DNA from: Nostoc punctiforme PCC 73102
GTDB lineage: Bacteria; Cyanobacteriota; Cyanobacteriia; Cyanobacteriales; Nostocaceae
Assembly: GCF_000020025.1 (NCBI RefSeq)
Contig: NC_010628.1
Span: 3,480,001 to 3,512,000, forward strand
Length of the DNA stretch: 32,000 nt
Reading direction: 5' to 3'
Each line of letters opens with the position of its first letter. Position 1 is the first letter of the stretch. A program made the position numbers and the translations under genes. Below, piece by piece: positions 1 through 8,837 of the stretch. The notes under the pieces are model-generated. The model had not been told where the DNA came from. It ran no database searches and worked only from the letters and a program-made list of their open reading frames with translations.

Positions 1-396
1 AACACTGAGATTTATGGTAAGTGCGCCCGTCCCCACGGTCATGGACACAACTATCATCTAGAAGTCACCGTCAAAGGAGAAATTGACCCACGCACCGGCA
101 TGATTGTCGATTTAGGGGGTTTGAATCAAGTGATAGAAGATTATGTGGTTGAACCATTCGATCACACTTTTTTAAATAAAGACATTCCTTATTTTGCCGA
201 AATTGTGCCCACTGCTGAGAATATCGCACTTTACATTAGTAATTTATTGCGATCGCCCATTCAAGAATTGGGAGCTAAACTTCACAAAGTGAAACTTATT
301 GAAAGTCCCAATAACTCCTGCGAAATCTACTGCACGGAGTCAGAATCAGATTCAGTCAGCGCATCCGTGAATCAGCCAGTATTGGCACGAGTTTAG
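1..396 (+). CDS. 6-pyruvoyl-tetrahydropterin synthase / QueD-family (6-carboxytetrahydropterin synthase), 5' end cut by window edge
   Basis: Frame 1 is open from base 1 (NTEIYGKCARPHGHGHNYHLEVTVKGEIDPRTGMIVDLG...). It has the C-x3-HGHxY zinc/catalytic motif and the later FDHTFLN motif typical of the PTPS/QueD fold. Stop codon at 394-396. Confidence 0.85.
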   Translation, partial: NTEIYGKCARPHGHGHNYHLEVTVKGEIDPRTGMIVDLGGLNQVIEDYVVEPFDHTFLNKDIPYFAEIVPTAENIALYISNLLRSPIQELGAKLHKVKLIESPNNSCEIYCTESESDSVSASVNQPVLARV

Positions 397-430
397 CTAA
401 TTGTAAATTTAGGCATAGGACATTTTTAAT

Positions 431-449
431 AATTACGAATTACGAATTA
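431..449. repeat. Short STRR-type heptamer repeat (AATTACG, about 2.6 copies)
   Basis: Direct reading: aattacg aattacg aatta, in the convergent intergenic region. Confidence 0.6.
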
Positions 450-490
450 TTAAAATTAGCCCTTTCAAAGTGACTCTTAAAATGTATTTT

Positions 491-556
491 ATTCTCTTCG
501 GTTCTCTGCGGTTTAAAAGTGATTTATTTAACCGCAGAGGCACAGAGAACACAGAG
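491..556. repeat. Long imperfect hairpin and copy of a dispersed repeat (minus-strand core CTCTGTGTTCTCTGTGCCTCTGCGGTT); probable bidirectional terminator
   Basis: A 10-bp stem ctctgcggtt (504-513) pairs with aaccgcagag (530-539). An outer pairing joins gttctctg (501-508) and cagagaac (543-550). It lies between convergent genes ending at 396 and 586. The core recurs in the opposite orientation at about 28867-28893. Confidence 0.65.
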
Positions 557-585
557 TAAAGAGGATAATCGAAAAGAATCCAAGC

Positions 586-1143
586 CTAGAAAAGTTTACT
601 CACTAAGCAGGTGAAACCAGGTAGCAAAGGACTTGTCAGTTCATCTTGACTAAATAGAGTAGCTGCTAACTTTAATGCAGCCTGTTCACGACGATAAACT
701 TCAACTTTCTTCTGTATAGAATCGCAAATCCAATATTCCTGAACTCCTTGCACCGAGTAAAGCTTTAGCTTTGTTTCTCTGTCGCGTTTCTCATTCTTTT
801 CACCGGGTGAGAGAACTTCTACTACTAACTCCGGTGCGCCTGTGAGATGTCCAGCTTCATCTAGTAAGTGTTTTAAGCGTTCATGACTTGCCCATACCAC
901 ATCAGGGATCACATTGTCAGAATCTGAGAAAATAATTCCAGGTGCGATCGCAGCTTTACCTAAACCAGTTTCATCTGACCAATTGTTAAGAACTGTAACA
1001 ATATTGCCACAACTTGATTGATGATCCCAACTAGGTGATTTAGTCACAAATAGTTCTCCATCAATAATCTCATAGCGATTTCTGCGATCGCCAGCGAATA
1101 ACTCTAGATCATCTGTCGTCCAACGCACTGGAGTTGTTTGCAT
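586..1143 (-). CDS. Uma2-family (DUF820) putative endonuclease
   Basis: 185 aa. Layout typical of the cyanobacterial Uma2/DUF820 family: RYEIIDGELF near the N-terminus, a PD-(D/E)xK-like core (IPDVVW ... PELVVEVLSPG), and a C-terminal KLKLYSVQGVQEYWI. Confidence 0.8.
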   Translation of the reverse strand: MQTTPVRWTTDDLELFAGDRRNRYEIIDGELFVTKSPSWDHQSSCGNIVTVLNNWSDETGLGKAAIAPGIIFSDSDNVIPDVVWASHERLKHLLDEAGHLTGAPELVVEVLSPGEKNEKRDRETKLKLYSVQGVQEYWICDSIQKKVEVYRREQAALKLAATLFSQDELTSPLLPGFTCLVSKLF

Positions 1144-1175
1144 AGAAACCCCCTAGCATTTTCTTAAATCATATT

Positions 1176-2141
1176 TTAAAAATACCGACGACGGGCGGAA
1201 TGTCGCAAATAGCGATAAATGCCCCAAGCTAAAACTCCAAAAAAGAGATTTAGCAAAAAGCGACTAAATATAAACCACAAAATATAACTGTCAAAAAGCT
1301 TTGACGGACTCAAAAAACTAATTTTATTGGCTAAGAGAAACAGCCCAAAAATAGCATTTCCACCCAGCACGAGGGCAAAAAGCACTAAACCCCTCTGCCA
1401 GTAACGTCGCTGGGGTGTACGTTCCCAAATCAGGGTAATTACAGGTTTACCTTGCACTTTTCGCAGTAATTGTTCTAGTCGCCAAAACATCCACAATAAA
1501 AACGGAAATAAACCATAATTAAGGAAACATAGCGCTAGTGAGTAACTGCAAGCACTAGATAGAATATTAACTAGGGCATGACAGATTACAGAATTCAGCC
1601 AAGCCCAAAGAATAAACTTCCTGTCTTGATATAATCGATTTTTAGACGAAATATACATTCCCAAGGCATATCCCCAAGGCGCAGAGAACATGGCATGGAC
1701 TGGCGTGCTAATAGTACGCCCAAGAATTGATCCTGTATTGTGAAAAAGATAAATCCAGTTCTCTTCGGCGGTAAATCCAAGGGCAACGGCTATGGTGAAG
1801 AGGAAAACGGTTGAGGGAAGTAATCGATACGTGCGTTGCAAATAATAGGTTGGCACAACAACCCCTGCTAACTTGCAGCCTTCTTCAATTACACCTACTT
1901 CCACAAGCTGCCGCAAGATTGCACCAGGGAGCGAGCGCTTGATCCGTTCCCAGTCTACAACCCAATTGGCTACAGTTTCAAAATTCCATTCAAGTCTAAG
2001 GGCTAAAAGACCAGATATTGCCCCGATGCCAAAGAACATCAGTAACTTTAACAGAGGTGGGGCAAATGGTACTCGATAGTAGTAGCCTAGCAGCAGCAAG
2101 GGTGGTATTGCTGACCACAGCAGTAGAGAAAAATCAACCAC
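1176..2141 (-). CDS. PrsW-family intramembrane metalloprotease
   Basis: 321 aa and polytopic. Motifs EEGCKL, FTAEENWIY and HALVN fit the PrsW EExxK / FxxxE / HxxxN pattern. GTG start overlaps the upstream stop (GTGGTTGA). Confidence 0.7.
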   Translation of the reverse strand: MVDFSLLLWSAIPPLLLLGYYYRVPFAPPLLKLLMFFGIGAISGLLALRLEWNFETVANWVVDWERIKRSLPGAILRQLVEVGVIEEGCKLAGVVVPTYYLQRTYRLLPSTVFLFTIAVALGFTAEENWIYLFHNTGSILGRTISTPVHAMFSAPWGYALGMYISSKNRLYQDRKFILWAWLNSVICHALVNILSSACSYSLALCFLNYGLFPFLLWMFWRLEQLLRKVQGKPVITLIWERTPQRRYWQRGLVLFALVLGGNAIFGLFLLANKISFLSPSKLFDSYILWFIFSRFLLNLFFGVLAWGIYRYLRHSARRRYF

Positions 2142-3057
2142 TCACCTGAGCAATTACTGTGCGGTGACGGTGGGTATTATTAGTGATAGTAGGAGTTTGG
2201 AAACCTGCCTCAACAAAAGCTTGCTCAATGTCCAAAGCAAAATATTCATCTAAATATGGTTCAGTACTTTTGAGCAAGGTCAAAATGTAGGCTGGCATTT
2301 TCTGGTAAACTTCAGACTTGGGATTCATATCCATGATTGCCAAGTAGCCACCCGGACGCAGCACGCGCCGCATTTCAGCTAAAATCTGTCGGGTTGCTGA
2401 TTGGGGTAATTCGTGACACATCAGAAAAATTGAGACTAAATCAAATGAGGCATCTGGTAGCCCAGTAGATTCAGCTTGGGCATGAAGCCAATTAATTTTA
2501 GCTTGGCGTTGTTGGGCGCGGTAATTGGCAACAGCTAAAAAGTAGGGGGATAAATCCAAGCCGATAATTTTAGCTTGAGAATAAACTGCTTGTAGGGCAA
2601 AAGTACTTAAGCCAACACTACACCCTACATCTAAGATATCTTGCGGCTCGTTAGGGATTTGGCTTTTTAGAATATTGTGGTAACTTTGGCGCAGCATGGG
2701 ATCGCCTTGCGCTTCTTCAGCGCCTTCCACAACCTTAGAGTGGACAGCGTAAGCAGCAGGTTCTACTTCAAAAGCGGCTTGCCAACTTAGATTTCCGGTT
2801 TCGTAGGCATGGAATGAGGTGACGTAGTAATCAGGGTAGGAAAGCTGAGAATTTTCTATTTGAGTTAGATCAGCCTTCCAGTCACGTGCCTGTAGTGTTT
2901 TGACTTCTTTCGTCCAAGGTACGCCAATTCTCTCCGCACGTTTAATCATCATTTGACGGGCTTGATGTTTCGCTAGGTTGGCTAAAGGCTTGATTGCCAG
3001 TACGCCATTTACCAAGCGGGAAGCGAAGCCAGGAGTAGTTTTTACAGCAGCAGTCAT
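2134..3057 (-). CDS. Class I SAM-dependent methyltransferase
   Basis: 307 aa. SAM-binding motif I ILDVGCSVGLST, acidic loop IIGLDLS, and post-motif LRPGGYLAIMD. Confidence 0.85.
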   Translation of the reverse strand: MTAAVKTTPGFASRLVNGVLAIKPLANLAKHQARQMMIKRAERIGVPWTKEVKTLQARDWKADLTQIENSQLSYPDYYVTSFHAYETGNLSWQAAFEVEPAAYAVHSKVVEGAEEAQGDPMLRQSYHNILKSQIPNEPQDILDVGCSVGLSTFALQAVYSQAKIIGLDLSPYFLAVANYRAQQRQAKINWLHAQAESTGLPDASFDLVSIFLMCHELPQSATRQILAEMRRVLRPGGYLAIMDMNPKSEVYQKMPAYILTLLKSTEPYLDEYFALDIEQAFVEAGFQTPTITNNTHRHRTVIAQVSG

Positions 3058-3312
3058 AAATTAATTTGCGTTCACAGCTTTTTTACTTATGACATAATTG
3101 CTGGACGGCAGTCTAGAAATGAATTGAATTATATAACAATGTCATGGAATTTTGATATAGAAAATTTTGGTGTGATTTGTTTCTTCAGACAATCACACTG
3201 TTCTCTAATTTATATATTTTATTGAAGATTGGTAATATCTATCTCAACAGAGAGGGCAAAAAGTTGAGCGCCATATAAAAAAAGACTACAACTAACTTAT
3301 TTAGTCTCAAGT

Positions 3313-3747
3313 ATGGCAAGACCAAGAAGAAGAGCAAGTGGCTTTTTAAGGGATTTTCAAGAATTTGCTTTCAAAGGTAATGTAATTGACTTAGCGATCG
3401 CAGTCATCATCGGTACTGCCTTCAGCCGGGTTATCACCTCCTTTGTTGAGGATGTGATTATGCCATTGATTAACCCCTTGATTGGCGTGACTGGCAAAGA
3501 ATGGAGAACTATCACTATAGGCCCAGGAATTGCGATCGGTCAATTTCTTGGCGCAATCATTGACTTTTTAATCATTGCCTTGATCTTATTTGTAGCAATT
3601 CGTACCTTACAAACATTCAAGAGGCAAGAGGAGGTTCCCGTAGAATCCTCACCATCAGACGCTAATGTTATAGCTCAGGAAAGGCTGACTGGGGCGTTGG
3701 ATAGACTGAGCCAGACATTGGAATCTCGGAATCATGAAGTGTTGTAA
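3313..3747 (+). CDS. mscL: Large-conductance mechanosensitive channel
   Basis: 144 aa. N-terminal FQEFAFKGNVIDLAIAVIIGTAF...VEDVIMPLI signature of MscL, with two TM helices. Confidence 0.9.
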   Translation: MARPRRRASGFLRDFQEFAFKGNVIDLAIAVIIGTAFSRVITSFVEDVIMPLINPLIGVTGKEWRTITIGPGIAIGQFLGAIIDFLIIALILFVAIRTLQTFKRQEEVPVESSPSDANVIAQERLTGALDRLSQTLESRNHEVL

Positions 3748-3749
3748 GT

Positions 3750-3896
3750 GGGAGCAGGGGGGGAAGGTGCAGGGGAGCAGGGAGCGGGCGTATGAAGAAG
3801 AGACAACGAAGAGGGGAGAGAGAGGAGAGATTTGTTCAATAATTCCCCGTTGTCCCCTTGTCCCCCTGCTCCCCTGTCCCTCTGCCTCTTCTGCCT
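3750..3896. repeat. Purine-rich/pyrimidine-rich dispersed element (copy 1) filling the mscL / DUF3352-like intergenic region
   Basis: Shares two blocks with the copy at 23877-24001: ATGAAGAAGAGACAA (15/15) and TTGTTCAATAATTCCCC (17/17). Flanked by inverted GAAGAAGAG / CTCTTCTG. The upstream GGGAGCAGGGG block is also found at 24635-24645. Confidence 0.7.
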
Positions 3897-3902
3897 AATT
3901 CC

Positions 3903-5582
3903 TTATTTTGCAGAAGGCTTGAGAGCTAACAACATCTCTAATTCACTGGTAGATTTATCGGGGCTATTAGCAGTAAAACCAAGACCACGAATGGAATTGA
4001 GGATTGTGATGGTATTGGGATCGGATGAGATTAAACTATTGACCAATGGTACAGTTTTAGTTTTATCCATATCCAGGTAGAAATAGCCGCCGTTGGGCTT
4101 TTGCAAAGAACCAGTAACGGCTTTGAAAGCTTCGCTATTATCGAGAGATTGATTTTTGCGATCGCTGATTGCGTCAGCAATTGGGCCACCAAGAGCCACA
4201 AATACAGTATCTTGATCCAGCCAACCATGCGCCAATAAAGCTCCCTGTTTGGGGATTTGCCATTCAGTTACGTCTTTACCACCGATATTTCTATTAGCGA
4301 TGTTGATTTGTTGTACTTTGGCCAAATTATCCAATTTTGTCAAGGTGGCTTCGGCTGTTTTGCGATCGCTAGTGTCAAATACTAAAGCACCTCCAAAACC
4401 AACACTGGCTAACACTCCTTGATTGGATGGAATAGCACCAAAGGCAAATTCCCCATTCATCCAGCCAAAAATATCCTTATCTAGATCAATATTGGCAATT
4501 TTCACTTGTCCTCGTGCTTGCTCCAAGGCTTGCTTCATTTCTGGATAATCTTTTGACTGTTCTACTAAAGTTTCCCAGCCACGGCTGATGCCATTTCCGC
4601 TAATCAGAGCAAAGGTATCAGTAGGAAATTGCCCGACTATATTTCCCGGACTTGATTGATACTGGAATTTATTCAGCTGTGGATCTAAATTAGCGATCGC
4701 TTTTACCCGCACTCCCGCATCATCAACACCAACACCCGCTACCACAGATTTTATCTGCTTCAGTTGCGCCAAGGCTTGTGGAGGTAACTGCTTTGCCTGC
4801 TGACTTCCGGCAGTTAACTGCTGTACCATAACTGCATAGTCTGGTACATAAATTTGGGCGAGGCTATTTTTAACATCCACTCCTTTGCTGAGAATGCTGC
4901 TTGCACCTTCTTTACTGGCAAAAGAAGACTGTCCCTTAAAGGTGTCAATTGCTTTTTCTACAGCTTGCTTTTCGGGGGCTAATAACAAGTGACTATTATT
5001 TAAAACTACGCTATATGTAGGTTTGCCATTTTCTGTAGTTTCAAGAATTTTTTGACCTTGGTAGTCAGATTCTTGGGATTTCACCCCTTTCTGTGACTTC
5101 AATTTGTTAGCAAAATTCAAGGCACTGATTTTATCCTTGATTCCCACTACTATCAGGATATTTGATTCCTGCTGTAAATTTGTTGGTACATTAGGTGCCC
5201 CGGAGGGCACTTTTAACTGTGCTGGTTTCACAGAATTTGGTGGTAGTACAGCAATCATCACACCACCAACCCAAGGCTTTATGTCTTTTTCATAAGAAAC
5301 GTTACCGTCACTGAACATTTGCTTATTGAAATCTTCCAGACCTTTTGCCACTAACTTTTGTGCCTCTGGAGTACCAAATTGCTGTAACTTTGCCCAAGCT
5401 TGAGGGTCAGTAGTAATATAAGTTGCCATCAATGCTGTTGAAGGTACTAATTTAGCACTGCCGAGAGCGTCTGAGCTACTTCCTGATGGGCCTTTCAAAT
5501 ACGTGTAAGCCGCGATACTTCCTGCTACAACGAGAGCAGCACCAACCGCAGGAATGAAAAACTTTGATTTACTTTCGGGCAT
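3903..5582 (-). CDS. Conserved cyanobacterial membrane-anchored protein (DUF3352-like)
   Basis: 559-aa ORF with one N-terminal TM/signal anchor (FFIPAVGAALVVAGSIAAYTYL) and a long soluble domain. The family assignment is from memory of similar cyanobacterial proteins and is not verified. Confidence 0.55.
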   Translation of the reverse strand: MPESKSKFFIPAVGAALVVAGSIAAYTYLKGPSGSSSDALGSAKLVPSTALMATYITTDPQAWAKLQQFGTPEAQKLVAKGLEDFNKQMFSDGNVSYEKDIKPWVGGVMIAVLPPNSVKPAQLKVPSGAPNVPTNLQQESNILIVVGIKDKISALNFANKLKSQKGVKSQESDYQGQKILETTENGKPTYSVVLNNSHLLLAPEKQAVEKAIDTFKGQSSFASKEGASSILSKGVDVKNSLAQIYVPDYAVMVQQLTAGSQQAKQLPPQALAQLKQIKSVVAGVGVDDAGVRVKAIANLDPQLNKFQYQSSPGNIVGQFPTDTFALISGNGISRGWETLVEQSKDYPEMKQALEQARGQVKIANIDLDKDIFGWMNGEFAFGAIPSNQGVLASVGFGGALVFDTSDRKTAEATLTKLDNLAKVQQINIANRNIGGKDVTEWQIPKQGALLAHGWLDQDTVFVALGGPIADAISDRKNQSLDNSEAFKAVTGSLQKPNGGYFYLDMDKTKTVPLVNSLISSDPNTITILNSIRGLGFTANSPDKSTSELEMLLALKPSAK

Positions 5583-6135
5583 TTTATTATCCTCTTTTGC
5601 TCAGATTGTCACCGAGATTTATACAAGTGTCACTGTAGAGTTTTCGGATTTATTAATAATTTCCACTCATCGATCGGTATTTACTGATAAAATTAGTAGT
5701 CCTATAAGCTTGCAGTCTCAAATAATTACCCTAAAAAAGACTCCCAGGGAATGAGGAGCGAATTTGCAAATGATATGCTGTTCATCTCAAATAAAATAGC
5801 CTGCTTAACAGCAGCAAGTTATCCTAAGTTATAAGAACAATTAGGAGTATTTGTACTTAATGAGAATCTATCGAGGTGCAAGAGACACTTGACTCGATGA
5901 CAAAAAAGTGCAAAACATCAGTAAAAGGAAATGCGGGAGGGATATGGAAAAAAGTCCCAGGATCGATAGTCGATCTTCGGAAACTTGGGTGAGATTAATT
6001 TCAATCCTCCAATCCCCAATGGGAATCTTAACCCCCATATTGCCCTATTGATTTGGGAAATACAGATACCGCTATTTTGCTTAATTACATCTAGCCAAGC
6101 CAGACTTTTCAGGATTACAAGGTCAGTAAGGATCA

Positions 6136-8775
6136 ATGTCGAAGTCTTATTTTGATACAGATAATAACGGACACAAACCTTTTGAGTTACCGGGAGCAAG
6201 ACCACACTACAATCCCGATCGCCCAGGACAGGTGGAGCATATTTTTCTCGATCTCAGCTTAGATATTCCTAAGAAAAGCTATCAGGGCATTTGTAGCATT
6301 CGCCTCTTGCCAATCCGTAATGGCATTGACCGTTTGACTTTGGATGCTGTCAACCTGAATATCGAGTCTGTGCAAGTGGACGATGTGCCACAAAATTTTG
6401 ACTACGACGGGGAACAGCTTTCTATCAAACTTTCTGAGGTAACTCAGATTGGTAAACGCTTGCTGATTGCGATCGCCTATTCGGTGGCAAAACCGCAACG
6501 CGGTATTTATTTTATCCAACCAGACAAGCATTATCCAAATAAGCCCACTCAAGTTTGGACTCAGGGAGAAGACGAAGACTCTCGCTTTTGGTTCCCCTGC
6601 TTTGACTATCCAGGACAATTGTCTACTTCAGAAATTCGCGTTCGTGTCCCCAACCCCCTCGTGGCGATTTCCAACGGCGAACTGATTGACACCACAGAAG
6701 ATGGTGATTATAAAATCTACCATTGGTTACAGCAACAAGTTCATCCTACCTACTTGATGACTTTGGCAGTAGGTGACTTTGCCGAAATTCAGGATGAATG
6801 GAAGGGTAAACCAGTCACCTACTACGTAGAAAAGGGACGGGAGGAAGATGCTAAACGCAGCATGGGCAAAACTCCCCGGATGATCGAATTTTTGAGCCAA
6901 AAGTATGGTTATCCATATCCTTTCCCGAAATATGCCCAGGTTTGTGTCGATGATTTCATCTTTGGCGGGATGGAAAACACCTCCACAACCTTGTTAACAG
7001 ATAGATGTTTGCTTGATGAACGCGCCGCTTTAGATAACCGCAACACCGAAAGTTTAGTCGTCCACGAACTCGCCCACCAGTGGTTTGGTGATTTGGTGGT
7101 GATTAAGCATTGGTCTCATGCTTGGATTAAGGAAGGAATGGCTTCCTATTCTGAGGTAATGTGGACAGAGCAAGAATATAGTCTAGAAGAAGCAGCTTAC
7201 TATCGTTTTTTAGAAGCTCGTCGTTACATTAGTGAAGATAGCAGCCGCTACCGTCGCCCGATGGTAACACATGTTTACCGCGAAGCTATTGAACTTTACG
7301 ATCGCCACATCTACGAAAAAGGGTCTTGTGTTTATCACATGATTCGGGCCCAATTAGGAGATGAATTATTTTGGCAGGCTATTCAAACATTTGTCCAAGA
7401 TAATGCCCACAAAACTGTAGAAACTATAGATTTACTCAGGGCGATTGAAAAGGCTACTGGACATAATCTTTTGTTTCTCTTTGATCAATATGTTTATCGT
7501 GGCGGCCATCCCGATTTTAAGGTAGCTTACTCTTGGGATGGAGATGCTAAGTTGGCAAAAATTACGGTAACTCAAACTCAAGCTGCTGAAGATAAAAATG
7601 GCAGTAAAGATTTGTTTGATTTAAAAATACCTATTGGTTTTGGCTATACCCAACAAGAAGGGAAAAGTGAGGAGTTAGGAGTTAAAAATAATTCCAAACT
7701 CACAACTCCTAACTCACAACTCAAGACTTTTGTCGTGCGTGTAAATGAACGAGAACAAAGCTTCTACTTTCCCCTAGAAAATAAGCCTCAATATATCAGC
7801 TTTGATGTTGAGAATAATTACCTAAAAACAGTAGCTTTAGAGTATCCAATAGCAGAGTTAAAAGCACAATTAGAATCTGACCCCAACCCAATTTCGCGCA
7901 TCTATGCAGCAGAAGCTTTAACGAAAAAAGGCGGGTTAGAAGCAACAAAAGCACTGTCTGCGTCCCTCAAAAATGACCCATTGTGGGGTGTGCGGGTGGA
8001 AGTGGCAAAACAACTAGCCAAAATTAATTTAGACCAAGCTTTTGATGGCTTAGTTCTGGGATTAAAAGATAAAAATGCTTACGTGCGACGATCTGTAGTG
8101 GAAGCACTTGCTCAAATCAAAACTGCTGAAAGCTATAAAGTTGTAAGAGGGTTGTTGCAAAAAGGCGATCCCAGCTACTATGTGGAGGCAACAGCCTCTC
8201 GTGTGATTGGCGCGATCGCATCTGCAAACTTGGAAGAAAAACCCAAGGAAGATAAGGTAATAAAGCAACTCAAGGGCATTTTAGAAGAAAAGGCGGGTTG
8301 GAATGAAGTAGTGCGGAGTGGTGCGATCGCTGGTTTAGCTGAATTCAAAACCTCGGAAGCAGCTTTAAATCTACTACTCGAATACACCAAAATCGGTGTA
8401 CCACAACCTCTACGTTTAGCCACAATTCGCGCTTTAGGAAAGATTTCTGTAGGTCAAAGTCCGGTTAATTTGGAACGGATTTTAGAAAAACTGGCAGAAC
8501 TAGCTAAAGAAACCTTCTTTTTAACGCAAGTGGCGGTAGCAGCAGCATTGGGACAAATGGAAACACCCAAAGCAGTCGGAATTTTGCGATCGCTAGCTGA
8601 ACAAACAGCCGATGGGCGTGTCCGTCGCAATGCTGAAGAAGAAATTTCCAGGGTGCAAAAGAACATCGGTTCAGAAAAAACCCTCCGTCAATTGCGTGAA
8701 GATTTCGACCAACTCAAGCAACAAAACCAGGAATTGAGAAGCCGTTTAGAAAACTTGGAGGCCAAATCTAAATAG
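6136..8775 (+). CDS. M1-family zinc aminopeptidase (aminopeptidase N-like) with C-terminal HEAT repeats and coiled coil
   Basis: 879 aa. GGMEN exopeptidase motif; HELAH (7063-7077) followed by WIKEG giving HExxH-x18-E. C-terminal repeats carry DPLWGVRVEVAKQL / DKNAYVRRSVVEAL HEAT-like motifs. Confidence 0.9.
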   Translation: MSKSYFDTDNNGHKPFELPGARPHYNPDRPGQVEHIFLDLSLDIPKKSYQGICSIRLLPIRNGIDRLTLDAVNLNIESVQVDDVPQNFDYDGEQLSIKLSEVTQIGKRLLIAIAYSVAKPQRGIYFIQPDKHYPNKPTQVWTQGEDEDSRFWFPCFDYPGQLSTSEIRVRVPNPLVAISNGELIDTTEDGDYKIYHWLQQQVHPTYLMTLAVGDFAEIQDEWKGKPVTYYVEKGREEDAKRSMGKTPRMIEFLSQKYGYPYPFPKYAQVCVDDFIFGGMENTSTTLLTDRCLLDERAALDNRNTESLVVHELAHQWFGDLVVIKHWSHAWIKEGMASYSEVMWTEQEYSLEEAAYYRFLEARRYISEDSSRYRRPMVTHVYREAIELYDRHIYEKGSCVYHMIRAQLGDELFWQAIQTFVQDNAHKTVETIDLLRAIEKATGHNLLFLFDQYVYRGGHPDFKVAYSWDGDAKLAKITVTQTQAAEDKNGSKDLFDLKIPIGFGYTQQEGKSEELGVKNNSKLTTPNSQLKTFVVRVNEREQSFYFPLENKPQYISFDVENNYLKTVALEYPIAELKAQLESDPNPISRIYAAEALTKKGGLEATKALSASLKNDPLWGVRVEVAKQLAKINLDQAFDGLVLGLKDKNAYVRRSVVEALAQIKTAESYKVVRGLLQKGDPSYYVEATASRVIGAIASANLEEKPKEDKVIKQLKGILEEKAGWNEVVRSGAIAGLAEFKTSEAALNLLLEYTKIGVPQPLRLATIRALGKISVGQSPVNLERILEKLAELAKETFFLTQVAVAAALGQMETPKAVGILRSLAEQTADGRVRRNAEEEISRVQKNIGSEKTLRQLREDFDQLKQQNQELRSRLENLEAKSK
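7667..7724 (+). repeat. Intragenic STRR-type heptamer hairpin, in frame within the aminopeptidase CDS
   Basis: ggagttaggagtt (7671-7683) is complementary to aactcctaactc (7704-7715). Four tandem heptamers AACTCAC/AACTCCT/AACTCAC/AACTCAA span 7697-7724. The loop contains AATAATTCC, as in the intergenic elements. Confidence 0.7.
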
Positions 8776-8795
8776 CAGCAAATGATAGTTAAAAG

Positions 8796-8837
8796 TTGGT
8801 AATTGGTAATTGTGGTAAAACCACTACCAATTACCAA
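8796..8837 (+). terminator. Hairpin built from TTGGTAA heptamers downstream of the aminopeptidase gene
   Basis: ttggtaattggta (8796-8808) pairs with taccaattaccaa (8825-8837), and gtgg (8812-8815) with ccac (8821-8824). It starts 21 nt after the stop. There is no strong T tract. Confidence 0.5.

Noticed and set aside
1595-2079. ORF-track entries 1595..1786 (-) and 1873..2079 (+) inside the PrsW gene. The same applies to similar nested or antisense ORFs elsewhere: 4031..4228, 5104..5295, 6259..6618, 6467..6685, 8062..8666, 10247..10507, 11189..11407, 13236..13424, 14163..14402, 15561..15752, 16081..16275, 17044..17226, 17464..17709, 18655..18849, 22108..22308, 22993..23178, 23402..23629, 24346..24603, 24955..25167, 25876..26154, 26503..26685, 27888..28091, 30102..30308, 30924..31136.
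   Set aside because: All are short and lie within, or antisense to, long ORFs with clear family motifs. Their translations are low-complexity or lack recognisable features, so they are most likely shadow ORFs.
3832-4080. ORFs 3832..4080 (+), 23808..24020 (+) and 23736..23918 (-), with proline/leucine-rich or WELGIG-type repetitive translations.
   Set aside because: They are translations of the dispersed purine/pyrimidine element and the heptamer array. The shared peptide LFNNSPL reflects a repeated DNA core, not protein homology. ORF 3832..4080 also overlaps the 3' end of the DUF3352-like gene.
5918-6205. 95-aa minus-strand ORF in the divergent promoter region, overlapping the start of the aminopeptidase gene.
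   Set aside because: It overlaps a well-supported CDS start and its composition is odd (YYLYQNKTSTLILT...), with no recognisable motif. It is probably non-coding promoter or 5'-UTR DNA.
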